Part shown: piece after piece, positions 13,761 through 27,789 of the stretch
Layout of the letters: every line of letters starts with the position of its first letter
How positions within the stretch are numbered: the stretch's first letter is position 1
NCBI GenBank assembly: GCA_964016885.1
Contig: OZ024740.1
Coordinates: 350,796,001-350,860,000, forward strand
Reading direction: 5' to 3'
Source of the DNA: Eledone cirrhosa
Lineage: Eukaryota
Length of the DNA: 64,000 bases
Notes under the pieces: model-generated
Seen by the model: the letters and a program-made list of their open reading frames with translations, nothing else
The model's database searches: none
Told to the model about the DNA's origin: nothing
Program-made: the position numbers and the translations under genes

Positions 13761-16750
13761 TTAATTGTAAGTTGTGATGTTGATGTTCCACTCATGTTTT
13801 CTATTTAATTTTGGTTGTAATTCTTTTATGTTTATTGCCTCTGTGATTTGTCTAAACATTGCGTATTTTCTGTGTGTAGATTCTATTTTTATTTCTCTGT
13901 TCTCTAATTTACCCTTATGTTCTATTTTAGCATGTTGGTAGAGTACAGATGATTCTTTACTATCTTGAAGGTCTCGCCAGTGTTCATTTATCCGTTCCCC
14001 TACACTACGAGCTGTCTCACCTATGTACACTATATTTTTATCTCTACATTGTCCTTCAGTACATCTTATGCTATATACTACATTTCTAGTTTTACAGTTA
14101 ATATGGGGGCTTAATTTACAGGTTATACATTTCTTATCTATACAGGGGGGCTTTGAAAAGGGTATGTCTTGCTAATAAGTGTTTTTATGGAGGTACCTGG
14201 TCTTTCTACTATCTTAATATTGAGTTTATGTTTATCTAGGGCCCTTCTAAATTTGTAAGCTAATTCACCTCTAGGGTTGTATCGATGAACATTACACTCT
14301 GGTATTTATTGCTATCATACCATGAGTTTATTCTATTAGTCTTATTCCTAGTTCTTTCTATTCTATTCCAAAATTTGCTCCTATACACGGGTCAGGTCCC
14401 ATTTGTGTCATTATTTACCATTTTTCCCATTTGGTTCTGGCTCCTCTATACACTCTGATTTTATCTCTTTGATTGTAACCAGAGAACTGCATACGGTGGA
14501 TGAAGTGTTGTATGTCTCTCTCTAGTTCTTCGGGGTTGCATATGCGGTACACGTTTCTAATCACCCGTACCAAATTCGCAATCAGTATGTTGATTTTGGT
14601 ATGGTCCGAAACAGCTGAGTTTCGGTGGATCAGATATTTGGAAGTCATGGGTTTGGCATAATGGGAATGGAGGATTTGTTTTTTGTTATTAATGGTATCT
14701 AACCAGAGCTCTGTGTCTAGTACAGGTAATCGATGGTTGGGGTGTCTACTTGGGTAGTCTATAGTAACTCTAATGCTCTGGTGGATGGAGTTTGCTATTT
14801 GCTGGATGCTTTCCATTGTGTTTTTCTCTAGTTCCTGACTGTTCTCTAGTGGGGGTGTCTTAACTACGATGTTTATATCATCTACGTAGCGGGAGTACAT
14901 TATCAGGGTTAAGCTGTCTTCTAATTGTTCTTTAAGTTTAAGTTTAAGTCTACTGTCCCACCATACCATGAATAAGTTAGCTATGTCGCCTGCAATGCTA
15001 ACACCAATGGCTGCTCCTTCCTCTTGGGCATATGTTTTTCCATTAAATTTGAACATATGTTCCTTAAGGGTTAATTTTATGCTGGCCCCTACCGCATGTG
15101 CAATCATTTTCTTCAGTTCATCGTGGTTTTCGGGTGTCCGTATGGCTCTGGTCCACCCGTTCCATCTATCTGTGTGGGTTGTCTTGGCCATTGAGGTAAT
15201 GGTAGGTGGTCTGCCTCTTGCTGGTCTTGTAGGGCACAGGTTGCTAAGGTCATATGTGTCTAGGTAACTATTACTATGGGTAAGCTTAAGTAGAAGTCCC
15301 AGCTCACTGGTATCAATCCCACGGAACTCAACCTTGCTCTCGCTGATCATTTCTACGCATTTCTCCACAGCAAAATCCACGTCAATAGATGGAGACAGGG
15401 ACACAACATCCATACTGCCTATTATGCAGTTTGTTAGGTCCCCAGATCGGTTACTCACGCCGATTCTGCTGAGGAGGTCCTCCGTGCTGTCACATACATC
15501 TGGGGACATCTCAATGATGGGGCGTATGATCAGGGAGAGGAAGTAGGACAGTCTGTAGTTACTAGCAATGTTAGCCCCACAGACTGGTCGTGTTGGTGGT
15601 CCCGCGACAGGGTCACAGCCCGTTTTATGGTCTTTTCGAAGCCCATACAACGCCGGCACGTCATTGTTCCAGGCCTGGAAGTTGTTGGCAGTCCTTTTGT
15701 TGGGCTGCATTATATTTGTCCACATCACCATATGGGCATTGAGGGCTTTTTCTCTATCCTCATGCTCTTGTGGTGTTACTTCTCTTGTGTTAGTGATGTG
15801 GGGTTGCATTGCCCGGATGTAGTTTGGCAGACTGTCAACCGACATTCTGCCAGACTTGTCTGTTGGAAAGCATGCTATCTCTCCATTACGCGAGCGCTGC
15901 ATGAGCTTACGCAAGCCATTTGCAGATTTTTCTCCCAGTTGCTGGGCCTCCATTCTATTATGCTTCTTGCTATACTGTTCTATAATATTTCTAAGTTTAG
16001 ATCTAGCTATACTAAATTGTGCTTCTGTTTGTTCATCGACCTGCGACGGCAATTGCGTGCGTTTGTTAAAAGCTAAAGTCGTGACGTGGACTCGTCGCAG
16101 GTCGAACGACTTATCGGAGGGATTATAAAAAGTAGAGTTCCAGGCTGCTGCTTTATGTGTACTAGTGCTATTGTTATTGTTAGTTGTGTTGTTTCTATTT
16201 CTATTTCCACCAACAGCCTCATGGTTGTTTCTATGCCTCTCATTATCACTCCTGTCTCTTTCCTCTGGCTCATTGTTATTATCTACTCTATTTTGTGTGT
16301 CTGTGTGTTCGTCTTGGTTATTTTCCTTATCCATAGTCTCCCTTCTCCTTTCAATCCTATTACCTTCCCTTATTTCTGTGCTACTGCCATTACCTGTTTT
16401 CTGTGTCTGTGTGTTTGTTAAGATTGTGGTGGTGGTGAGAGGCATTGAATGTGTGTGTTTTGTTGTTGTTGTTGTTGATGTATGCTGTTGTTGATGTGTG
16501 TTGTTGTTGTTGTCTCCGTGTATGTTATTATTGTTGTGTGTTGTTGTTATTGTTGTTTGTCTCTGTGTGTCTGTTGTTGTTGGGATGTGTGTTGTATATG
16601 TGTGTGCGTATGTTCTTACTTTTGTTTTTGTTTTTGTTTTTGAGGCTCCAACGTAATTTTGTAAATGATTTTTCTATTTCTGACAAACATCTAATCATAT
16701 TTACCTTATTGAATGTGGCATACTTAGGCGGCAGTTGTAATACAGATAAT
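13761..16750 (-). pseudogene. PLE RT-GIY-YIG polyprotein, 5'-truncated, with several frameshifts and stops
   Basis: LPPKYA..FTKLRW, PTDKSG, RPVCGA, SMDVVSLSPS, QEEGAAIG, YSRYVDDI, LPVLD, YIGETARSVGERINEH, RQITEA..LNRKHEW. Confidence 0.9.
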
Positions 16751-16771
16751 TGATCAGATGGGACCTGCCCC

Positions 16772-17408
16772 TTGTATAGGAGCAAATTTTGGAATAGAAT
16801 AGAAAGAACTAGGAATAAGACTAATAGAATAAACTCATGGTATGATAGCAATAAATACCAGAGTGTAATGTTCATCGATACAACCCCTAGAGGTGAATTA
16901 GCCTACAAATTTAGAAGGGCCCTAGATAAACATAAACTCAATATTAAGATAGTAGAAAGACCAGGTACCTCCATAAAAACACTTATTAGCAAGACATACC
17001 CTTTTCAAAGCCCCCCCCCCCCCCTGTATAGATAAGAAATGTATAACCTGTAAATTAAGCCCCCATATTAACTGTAAAACTAGAAATGTAGTATATAGCA
17101 TAAGATGTCCTGAAGGACAATGTAGAGATAAAAATATAGTGTACATAGGTGAGACAGCTCGTAGTGTAGGGGAACGGATAAATGAACACTGGCGAGACCT
17201 TCAAGATAGTAAAGAATCATCTGTACTCTACCAACATGCTAAAATAGAACATAAGGGTAAATTAGAGAACATAGAAATAAAAATAGAATCTACACACAGA
17301 AAAGACGCAATGTTTAGACAAATCACAGAGGCAATAAACATAAAAGAATTACAACCAAAATTAAATAGAAAACATGAGTGGAACAGTAACATCACAACTT
17401 ACAATTAA
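16772..17408 (+). pseudogene. Inverted duplicate of the linker and GIY-YIG region of the same PLE
   Basis: ORF 17139-17408 is nearly identical to 13761-14030; frameshift in the poly-C run near 17011. Confidence 0.88.
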
Positions 17409-17609
17409 GGACAAAATGAAAACACACACGCACATAGAACAAACAACCAACCAGTAACATGTAAATAACCAAATAAATAAACGAATATAAACACACACAG
17501 ACACCCGGATGTGCCGCATGCGCAGACTGAGCATACAACACACACACAGAAACAAGATGGCGTAGGACAGAACAAAGGAGAGGCACAACAACAAAGAAAA
17601 GAATCCCCA

Positions 17610-17652
17610 GTCACTGAAGAGGTCACAGAATGTGTGACGAAAGAACTTTGAC
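17610..17652 (+). ncRNA. Minimal type I hammerhead, family F (inverted pLTR)
   Basis: gtca CTGAAGA ggtcacagaatgtgtgac GAAA gaac TT tgac. Confidence 0.82.
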
Positions 17653-17809
17653 AATATATAAACAACCATCTGGTTGTGGAACCAACCAACCAACCAACCG
17701 GAAATTTATAAATTCCTAAATTTATAAATTTATAATAAATTGAAGTGAAAGCAACTGGTGCGTGTGTTTCTTATTGGCAACATCACCCTCCCATGGTATA
17801 ACAATATAT

Positions 17810-17879
<70 letters not shown>

Positions 17880-19128
17880 TCATGTATGTGTGTGTGAGTA
17901 TAAAATTCGGAAGTTTTAGACGTCTAGTGGTTAAATTAGTTGATAAAACGTTCAATGGATTGTAATTTACGCTACAATGCAAAATTCATTTACAACAAGA
18001 AGGAACCTCATTGGGCTCTAAATACTAATAATACCGATGGTTCTACGCCTCAGAATACCACCTACAAAGCAAACATAAGGCCGTGTTGCTCTCATATTTC
18101 CACTTGCTCTTTTAATTCGTTTTTTTTTCTAGGGACCGTGAAGTTCTGGTGGAGTCACAGGAGCCCCACCGAGAGATATGGCGTAGCTATGTAAACCTGG
18201 CGGAGCCCATTACTCTACAAGAGGTAAGAATGTCCTGGATTTCTACTTCACAAATAACACAGCGCTCATCCACAATATAAATTCGACACCGACGATTTTC
18301 TCGTCTCATAATATAGGGGAACTAACAACAATTGATTTTTCCCATGGAATTAAGGAAGTAGAGTAAGGTGGAGAGGAAGAATCAATCCCAGTACTGGACT
18401 GGTACTATATTTATCGACCACTATAAAAAAAGCATGAACTTACCATCACTAGGATTTAACTCAGAGAGCAAAGATCCAGAATAAATAACGTAAATCAGTA
18501 TATCCGATGTTCTAATGACTCCAAATACACCACTTTTTCCTTTATTAGACCAGTTAAATGAACACTTCACAGAAATTAAACCAATTCTCAATAGAAAGTA
18601 GGCATGGTTTAGCAACAACCCTACAACTTAAAGACTGATGATAAATTTATTGTGGAATAGATACACAGGAGTGCTCAAACAGACATAGCGACAAACGTAG
18701 AAATGTGAATGAGTGTATATACGTGCTTAAAGATATATAAGTAAATATATAAGTAGATTGAGGTGGGGGGTCACCTGGGTATACACAAATAAACCATTTA
18801 GACAAATAAGGGTAAACACGCACAGAAACTTGTGAGAGTAATAATATATAACGACATATACACAAGCACATTCATGTGCACATAGAGAAACGCATGTGCA
18901 TGCCACACACAGAAAACTGCGAGAATAGCAATATTTAAAGGCACAAAAATGCGTGTACCCATACACATACCATGCACCTACCACAGAAAGACGAGATATA
19001 GTAACTAGAATAAGAGACACAGAAGTAAAATTGTTATTGAGAAGATCACAGGTTGTGTGAGGAAACAGTTTTAACAATTAAATAACCACCCGTTTACTAA
19101 GCCAACAATGGATGAATTAGTTACCTCC

Positions 19129-19318
19129 CTAATAATTGTTTCTACTTTAGGCACAAGGCCAGCAATTACCCAGTGCATTACTGGTACTTTATTTTATCGA
19201 CCCCGTAAGGATGAAAGGCAAAGTCAACCTCGGAGGGATTTGAACTCAGATCGTAAAGGGACGTAACTATGCTGGAAAGAATGGCGTCCGACCCTCCGCC
19301 GATATTGCCAATCCACAC
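19129..19318 (-). mobile_element. tRNA-derived SINE, main family
   Basis: Reverse complement of the 58413-58604 copy; other full or partial copies at 2412, 8128, 11131, 19320, 20691, 23700, 50087-50362, 56852, 62019. Confidence 0.85.
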
Positions 19319-19750
19319 TAATAATGGTTTCTAGGCACAAGACCAATAATTTTTGAGGGGAGGTCGATTAAATCGACACCAGTACGTTACTGGTGCTTTA
19401 TTTTATCGACCCCCTAAAAATAAAAGGCAAAGGTGACCTCGTAAAAGGATATAACGAATCATGATATGCTGCCAATCCGCCTCCCTTAGTTAACAAAAGC
19501 GTGTGTTTGTATTGGTAGCGTGACCTTTCAGGTATGACACCAACACTGTTTATGGCGAAACATTCTCTTCTTTGAGATTGTCCAGGTGTTTTATAGTTAT
19601 AAAGGTGGGTTTGTACATTTTAATTTACCTTTTAATCATTATGTATTTTCTACACTTTTCGTAGACTTTATATTCTTCACTCTAGTGGTTCTTTACCCCT
19701 CGTAATTGAAAACGTACCCCCTTTTGTGTTTTCTTCTCTACATACTGTAT

Positions 19751-19805
<55 letters not shown>

Positions 19806-20259
19806 GTGTGTGTGTGTGTGTATGTGTGCATGTGGGTGCGTGTGTGTGCGTACGTGTATGTGTGTTGTGTGCGTGTGTGTGTGTGATCGATGGAGTGGGG
19901 GACCCGGTTTGTCTTCAACTTTCTGTTAGCTTTCTTCAACTTTCTTCAACTTTCTGTTATCTTTGTCGTCTACTTTCTGTTATCCAATGAGCGAAAAAAA
20001 AAACCCAAAACAACAGGAGACCCATGGCTAGAGCCTGAGCAAGTTGGTTGCATAACATCCATGAGCTTGGCTGGTCTCGTTTGGGGATCCAGCCGAATCA
20101 GTTGGAGACGGCTGCTTCTAATAGGACCCGCTGAAAAAAGTGTTTGATCCTCTCAGGAATAAGTGGGCGAAGAAGAAAAAGAAGATATGTATGTGTGTGT
20201 GTGTGCGTGTGTGTGCGTGCGCGTACGTGTGTGTGTGTGTGAGTATGCGTGTCTGTGTG

Positions 20260-20361
<102 letters not shown>

Positions 20362-21299
20362 AAGCATGTACAAATGTGGATTACAATCAGGGAACACTCT
20401 CTGTATAATATTCCTATGGATATTTACACGGTAGGTCACTAGAAATTGAATGTTTTTCTTCATTGGTTCGCAATACGAACAGAAGTGGCAAATACTTATG
20501 GTCATATTGGATATGAAGTCTTGCAGACCAATGGCTTCTACAAAACAACGTAGGAATGGAGGGAACCAACCCGAACCTTTTCAACACATAGGGTTCTCTT
20601 AAAGGAAGCCAAGGCTGATATTGCTATGCTCAGCAAAGGTGTATGGAAATATATTTGGTTAAACTTGTTTATGATTCTTTATCAAACTCATAATGGTTTT
20701 TGATTTCGGCACAAGGCCAACAATTTGGGAGGAGGGGAAAGTCGATTAAATCGACCCCAGTGCATTACTGGTACGTTATTTTATCGACCCTGTAAAGAAG
20801 ATAAGCAAAGCTAACTTCGGCAGCATTTGAACTTAGATCGTAAAGGAGTGTAGCCCTATGTCATAAATCATGATGACCGACGCTGTACCGATAATGCCAA
20901 TCCACTGCCTCCTTAATCGAACTCATAATAAAATAACGATCGAAGTCTCTGTAGTTTCATTTCATTGATAACCACCATCGCAGCTATGTATATATATGTA
21001 TGTGTGTGTGTAAGTCTGTAAACACCTGACCATTTTGCAGACTTCCCATCCTTTAACATAGCCTGTTATTACAGCCACTTAATGAAAACCCTTTCTTTGC
21101 GTAGAATAAATGAACCTTGAAAATTAGGAGTGCCTGCATTTGTATCACTGTATATCACTATGTATTTTTCTTTAAATATTGTTTTTTCAAAGAATCCCCA
21201 CTCTTTAAATCCATAAGCCAATGACCTCCACCCATCCCAATCACCACCTTCCCTAACCACTAGAAAATGTATAAATACTACTATATCACATTGACAGTC

Positions 21300-21351
21300 G
21301 GCTTTCCTGATGATTTCCTTCGAATGAAACAGTTCTAGTCCTGTAGAAGCC
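21300..21351 (+). ncRNA. Type I hammerhead, family D (best copy)
   Basis: ggc t ttc CTGATGA t ttc cttc gaa t GAAA cag ttctagtc ctg TA gaagcc. Confidence 0.78.
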
Positions 21352-22999
21352 ATTTCTACATTTAAAATGTATACCCTGCTATGTATTGAGTACCTAACTT
21401 ACTTTGGTTACTCCCGATTGAACTCGCGATACACACACACACAAGGAACAAGGACTCAGTGTTGCATCATATGCATATTTAATTACATATTACATATGTT
21501 TCACTGTCGATCAGCTGGAGGAACGATCGGTTAATGATTGAACCTGACTCTGGAATCGGAAGCTCCTTAAATATGTTTTAACATGTAGACTTAATATGTT
21601 ACAACAGTGTCATATGCAGATACTTAAATTTTGTTGAGCAGAATAAAGGAACAAATGTTAAGCTCATTTATACATTTAGTCTGGCTTTCAATTATTTTCT
21701 CCATTTCTCTGCATAGTCGCTCATCAATAACAATTGCTTACTGTGAACTTAAACTGTTTACTTTTCTGTTTACTTTTCTGTTTTTTTCGATAAACCAGAA
21801 TGTTTTAATCATTCTTCCATTGCTATCACATCTCCTGTATTTTATGTATATGCTCCAGCTTGAATTTATCTTACGAAAACTTTTGTTACATTCAGAGTTC
21901 TAATGTTTTTTACTGTGCCATGAGCATATTCATACATACGTGATAATGAATGGCAACTAAAATGAGCGAAATAGACTAAACATAAGAAAATGAAAATCAC
22001 AAATAAAATGTTCAAAAGCCATTAACGTTTACATCAACATTAATAATGTATATTTCGTCGAAAAAAATCATTACATATTGTTTGTATTAATAATTAATTA
22101 ATTCAATGTCAGAATCATTGAGTTTCTATTACTGTTAATTATACACAATTTTATCTCGTGCAAAGTTTAACTTTATTTACAACATTACCATTGATTTATG
22201 TTTATTAAAATTTCATTTGCTGTTTCTCAATCATATTCAGCTTTATTAAATCATAGACTATTTAAAATTGTCTCCTAAACATAAAGCAGTTCTCTAGACA
22301 GCTGCGTTTAAATTCGACTTTCAAACCTTCCGACTTTGGAGAAGTTAGAACTTGTCAATTATACGCTTTTCCAAAAGCTGTAGATGGAAATGTCATTATG
22401 CTCTTTCTTTATATTATCGCTATCAAAGATAAAATGAATTTATTAAATATTTGCAAGCGATACATAATTTCGTAAAGCTGATAAACTAGAAGAATTTCAT
22501 GCAATCAGAAAGCTGTGTATCATAGATGTATTCAAAATATACCCATTAATCATTGTGGTAAAAATCAGTTAGATATTACATCGACCACTATTAACTAAAC
22601 CTATATAATTTATTCCAGATATTTCTTAAAGTTGTCCAAAATGGGTCAGTCTGAATGAATTAACTTTCCGGTTTTGAAATGCACTTAAATTCTAAAACGG
22701 ATATGAATTCAGGACCTATGATCTTTTGTCGATAATTTCGTTGTACTCTTAATATAAAAAGTAAAAATGTTCTGTAACTCTTTATGAAGCATAGAATCAC
22801 TACCAGCAATTTGTTTCAATGTAGTGTGTGGAGAACGAATCACTCGTATAGAGCCTACATATTTCCTGGATTAGAAATTATAGAAACAATATATAAACGA
22901 AATCAAATGGCCCAATGTGCTTATGATACATTCAACTTCACCCTAAATCTTGCTAACTCTAACCGAACCACAAAATAATTAACTGTTGCCTCTCAGTTT

Positions 23000-24400
23000 C
23001 TACAAACTGAAGTACAAAATAAATATTATGAAGTTATATTGTTCAAAAGTGGGACATTAGAAATACTTTAACGTATTTCTTTCCGATATAATTTTTGATA
23101 ATTTCCAAAACGACGGGGAACTACTATTCAATACAGTAACCAATACTTGACGTCACATAGGTGAAAAGGAACAAATCAATGATGATATCATACATTACGA
23201 AAAAGGCATCCCACAGGGCGATAGTTTATCAGTACTACTTTTATGGTAGCCGTTGTCGTACCTAATCACAAACACACTAGTTATAGAGATAAATCGAATA
23301 TCATTTCTCACATTTACTTTGTAGGCTGAAATTTTATGGGTCATCATATTACATTAATTACATCTAAAAGACAATTGAATCACATGACCCAATCTTTCGT
23401 AGATATTACAGTAAAAATCTACTAGACATTAAATATGGCGGAAAACTTGTGTCAAGCCCGAAGAAATTAACAACGGCGGTTTATCAATTCAGCCGGGTGA
23501 GAGCTTCGAATATCTTGGACATTTGGATAAGAGCCACATGTATTTTTGACATGATGAGAATTGTAGGTAAAATATTAACAGGGAGAGGGCAAGCACGTAA
23601 TAAGTACCTCAACAGAGTAAAAGATATATAGTAATCAAAACTCTCAGACTACAATCTTCTTCTTAGCCGATTTCAGACTACAATACAACACCGTTACAGT
23701 GACAATAATAATGATTTCTACTATAGGGGAGGGGAAAGTTGTTTAAATCGACCTCAGTGCTTTATTTTATCGACACCGTAAGGATGATAATGGTTTCTGA
23801 TTTAGTCACAAAGCCAACGTGCAGTGACAATAATAATGCTTGCGTTTAGTCTTCGATATTGAACACTGCAAGAAATCGACGTGATGAATATAATGAATAT
23901 AATAATTAGCAAACTGCTCTATTTTATGGGAAATCTTCATATTAGACCAACTATATTTCCGACGCAAGGAAATGGCCTTACATCTGCATCGACATCATAC
24001 AAGACTCATGTTGTGACACTGACGTAACATCTCTAGCTAGAAAAAGCTCAATAATTATATCGCCTAAGTTTGCAAACACGAAACCATCACCAATAAGCGT
24101 GAAAAGACACGGGAAATATAAGCTAGCAGATAGATCTTCCAAGAATCATTGGTAACTTTTATTTAACACCGCAACAAAATATTTTTTTTTTAAATAGACC
24201 AGTTCACCTAGAAGGCTCTAGGCTGGAGCATATCACGAACATTCAAACTACAAAGGGAATAAACAACAGCAACATTCTGAAATGGAATATCGACAAGTTT
24301 ATGACATCCCACTTTGAGGTCTACTTCCATGCAATTGATGAACCAGGACATATCCCCTTTTCTTTACCAGATACGCGCATTCTTCTTCGCCTTCTTATGC
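23000..24400 (+). pseudogene. Highly decayed R4-like LINE RT remnant
   Basis: KGIPQGDSLSVLL is readable at ~23202-23240; boundaries approximate. Confidence 0.45.
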
Positions 24401-24673
24401 TAATAATATTCTTCCTACTTTTCTATTTTAATACCGTTCCTATATACACGCACATGTTCTGGGTCCGGAATTTATTGCGATCGGAACACAGAATGCCATG
24501 CGCAAAAACGATCCCTGGGGATCAGACTGTCTCTTTCAGCACATCTTTCTCCCTATTCTCTGGGGTAACGCATTCGTAATTCTGTCCACTGGGACCATGA
24601 AGCAACATATATCTGATGATTTGTAAAGGACATAAGGGGATAGGATATAATGTTATTGTCAGAGAACAGTCTT

Positions 24674-24710
<37 letters not shown>

Positions 24711-25680
24711 AGCACGCAGTGTTTCTAACGAGATCACGCACAAAAACAAATACTGGCATTCACATTTACACCCAAATACATATACGAATACTATTTTAAA
24801 GCAAACACACATTGAAACCAAAACACACACACACACACATACACACACTCACACACATACATACACTCACACATACACACATACACACACTCAGATACAC
24901 ACTATCTCATTCGGTTTAAAGTACGCTGCCTAGTTGTCTCATTATATTTTCTCTCCTTGAATTCAACTCACCTAATCACCCATTCACTCATTCTCTTTCG
25001 CTTCCTCCCTCTCTTACTTTCTATTCCCCTCTCTTTCTATCTCCCTCTCTCTTCCTATCTCCCCCTCTCTTTCTCTCCTCCTCTCTCTTTTCTCTCTCCA
25101 AGTCTATCGCTATCCCTCACTCTTTAACAGTATTAAGTTTTATTGCACATTATCCCCACATCTAACACACTTTTCTCTCTCTCTGCCGACTTTTCTCTCT
25201 TCTTTATTTCTATTATTCTCTCCAACAGAGAGATATTACTTCATCTGTGCTTATCCTCATCAGTTTCTCTCTCTCTCTCACTCTCTCTCCCTCTCTCTCT
25301 CTATATGTCTCCTTTATTTCACTTTTTCCTTCTCTAATCTTTTACGTTCTCTCGATTGTCTCCTATCACTCTTTCTCTTTACGAAATACAATCATTATTT
25401 ACGATCTTTATTTATCTCTTCCCGCCCCGTCTTACCCCCCCCCCCATCCCACCATTCTCCTCCCACCACTCTCTTAATGTATGCCTCTGTAATGTTAACT
25501 TCTATATGCTTTGGCCATCACGGAGGTTTCACAGAAATTACATACATTCATTTTGATTGTCCTTCCAATTGAAAGCACTCTTTGACATGAACATTATTAT
25601 TTACTCAAGATTTAATGACTGAAACCTCGCGTTTGCGTGTAGGTAAACACGTTTGATTGGTTTCAGCACACACACATGTA

Positions 25681-25744
<64 letters not shown>

Positions 25745-25747
<3 letters not shown>

Positions 25748-25935
25748 CGAAGGAATTGTGGTAAGGAACCAGATGGACCATGACGCATCAGAGTACTTAA
25801 TACTTAGGGTAATAGAGTGGGAAATAGGAAAAGTATGACCCCGACGGCAGAGCTCAAGCCGTTTCGACGGCTATTTCTGAACTCAGAAATAGCCGTCGAA
25901 ATGGCTTGAGCTCTGCCGTCGGGGTCATACTTTTT

Positions 25936-25940
<5 letters not shown>
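25745..25940. mobile_element. Fold-back mini-element, family N, carrying the 3' half of an HHR in both arms
   Basis: Near-perfect palindrome 25823-25940; gccgtc GAAA cggc..gccg TC gggg; other copies at 38761-38893 and 49008-49133. Confidence 0.75.
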
Positions 25941-25974
<34 letters not shown>

Positions 25975-26004
25975 CCTATATATATATATATTTCATATAT
26001 ATAT

Positions 26005-26052
<48 letters not shown>

Positions 26053-26062
26053 TAATATAGAG

Positions 26063-26114
26063 GGCTTCTACAGGACTAGAACTGTTTCATTCGGGAGAAA
26101 TCATCAGCGAACCG
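26063..26114 (-). ncRNA. Hammerhead, family D
   Basis: Reverse complement ggttcg CTGATGA tttctcccgaat GAAA cag ttctagtc ctg TA gaagcc; stem I imperfect. Confidence 0.65.
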
Positions 26115-26688
26115 ACTGGACTTAAGCCCTTTGGTCAATATAGCTGCGGGGCGAGGTTTTTCCGTGCGATCTCCGCAAAGGGAGTGTAGATAGATAGATA
26201 GACGAAGAAACCGGAAGTGAGAGGAGAAGGGAAAGGGAGATAATCTAAAACGGGTTTACGACATGTGTGAGACCAGGTCGAAAGCGAGCAGATGGATAGA
26301 GAGAGAGATGGGGGGAAAGAAAGAGAGAGAGAAGGAGAGAATCGATATGAAAGCGTGGTGGGGCAACAAAGCGAGCAAAACATGTAGGGGGGGGGGGGTC
26401 ACAGCGGTAAATACAAAATTACAAGAAACGAAGCAGGCGGTGTGGTTACTGTAAACAACATTTAAGATGGTAATAAGGACGAAACAAGAGAAGAAACCCT
26501 TCATGTATATAAGTATATATATATTTAATTATGTCTCATATAAAATAATACAACTGGCTATCCGCAAAATACGTATAGTTAGCATCCCAAACGTATAATT
26601 GGGATTATACTAAGGTATATCCTAATGTTTGTTGAGTGAGACGGAAGTCAGTCGGAGTATTGCTTAAAGCTTTCTCTGTTAATGTATT

Positions 26689-26723
<35 letters not shown>

Positions 26724-26727
<4 letters not shown>

Positions 26728-26940
26728 ATAATAATAAATTTGAAGACTAAAATCCAAAGAGGGCTCGATAAGGATAAATATATATCAAATATATATGAAC
26801 CGTAGAGCATATATTTATTAAAATAACAGATTAAAGTTTAAGCAAAGAATCGCTGCTTTCACCCTTAACGGGATTTTCTGCGATCCCGTTAAGGGTGAAA
26901 GCAGCGATTCTTTGCTTAAACTTTAATCTGTTATTTTAAT
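26724..26940. mobile_element. Fold-back mini-element, family G, in (TA)n
   Basis: Palindrome 26817-26940 centred on an HHR core remnant; second copy at 39750-39975. Confidence 0.78.
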
Positions 26941-26942
26941 TT

Positions 26943-27017
<75 letters not shown>

Positions 27018-27789
27018 TCTATGTCCATACCTGCATTGTTTTGGCTTTATTATACATATACAAACGTTTATATATATGTATTACATCCACTGATAAGGAT
27101 TCTGAACACGTGCACACGCGCTTAGGTTACATTACGGTCAACTGCGGGAATCGGCGATAAATTACAGAAAGTGTGATGATCGTATGTTGACGAATATTCG
27201 TACTCCCGGCATGTTAATTGTAACATGCCGTTTTTGACAGTAGAGTTTATTTTGTCGATATTTCGAGGTGTCGGATCGTGGGAAGATTAACACGAATTAA
27301 GAAGGTGTAACTTCTCCCCCATTATTGACACTTTGCAACAGTGAACGTTACAAGGGGCCAACACTTCTGATTGTTTATCCGACTTATTATGGTGTGTTTT
27401 CTCTGGTAATGTCTACTATAAGGCGAAAACGAGATGGTTTTATTGAATTGCTTCAGTCATTCGAAGGGCTTTACAAACGGTGATATACAGGTTGCTTGAA
27501 CAGTATCTAAATATGTTCACTCGGTTATAATTTCTTCAATAATTGCGATGACCTCCTCAATTGTTCTGTGTTTGTTCTTGAGCCCTAAGGCAGTAACTTT
27601 GCTATTCTTATACATAAGTTTGTTGAACATGTTCGATACTCTTCGAGCTCAAACTTCCCTGGCTTATTCACTCTGAATGAAGAAAGCCGGGTGGAAGAAG
27701 GATGTATGAGTTAAACAGCTATTGATAGAGACACACAAAAAATTGACCTGCCATAAACACACCTAACAAATGTTGCTATTGAAAATCCC

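Larger units (their letters stand above)
13309..17810 (-). mobile_element. Penelope-like retroelement (Neptune/Nematis-like, clade uncertain) with a ~1.04-kb inverted 5' duplication
   Basis: 13367-14400 is reverse-complementary to 16760-17806; RT and GIY-YIG on minus; flanked by (TA)n on both sides. Confidence 0.92.

Noticed and set aside
14385-14400. In-frame TGA at a Cys position as selenocysteine
   Set aside because: The duplicate arm (16760-16775) has TGC, and a neighbouring frameshift indicates decay
14968-16494. Plus-strand ORFs over the PLE (also 53166-55338)
   Set aside because: They are antisense shadows of the RT frames
21550-21950. Possible host exon on the minus strand (IVIDERLCREMEKIIESQ..)
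   Set aside because: Short, interrupted by stops, and no recognisable domain or splice pattern
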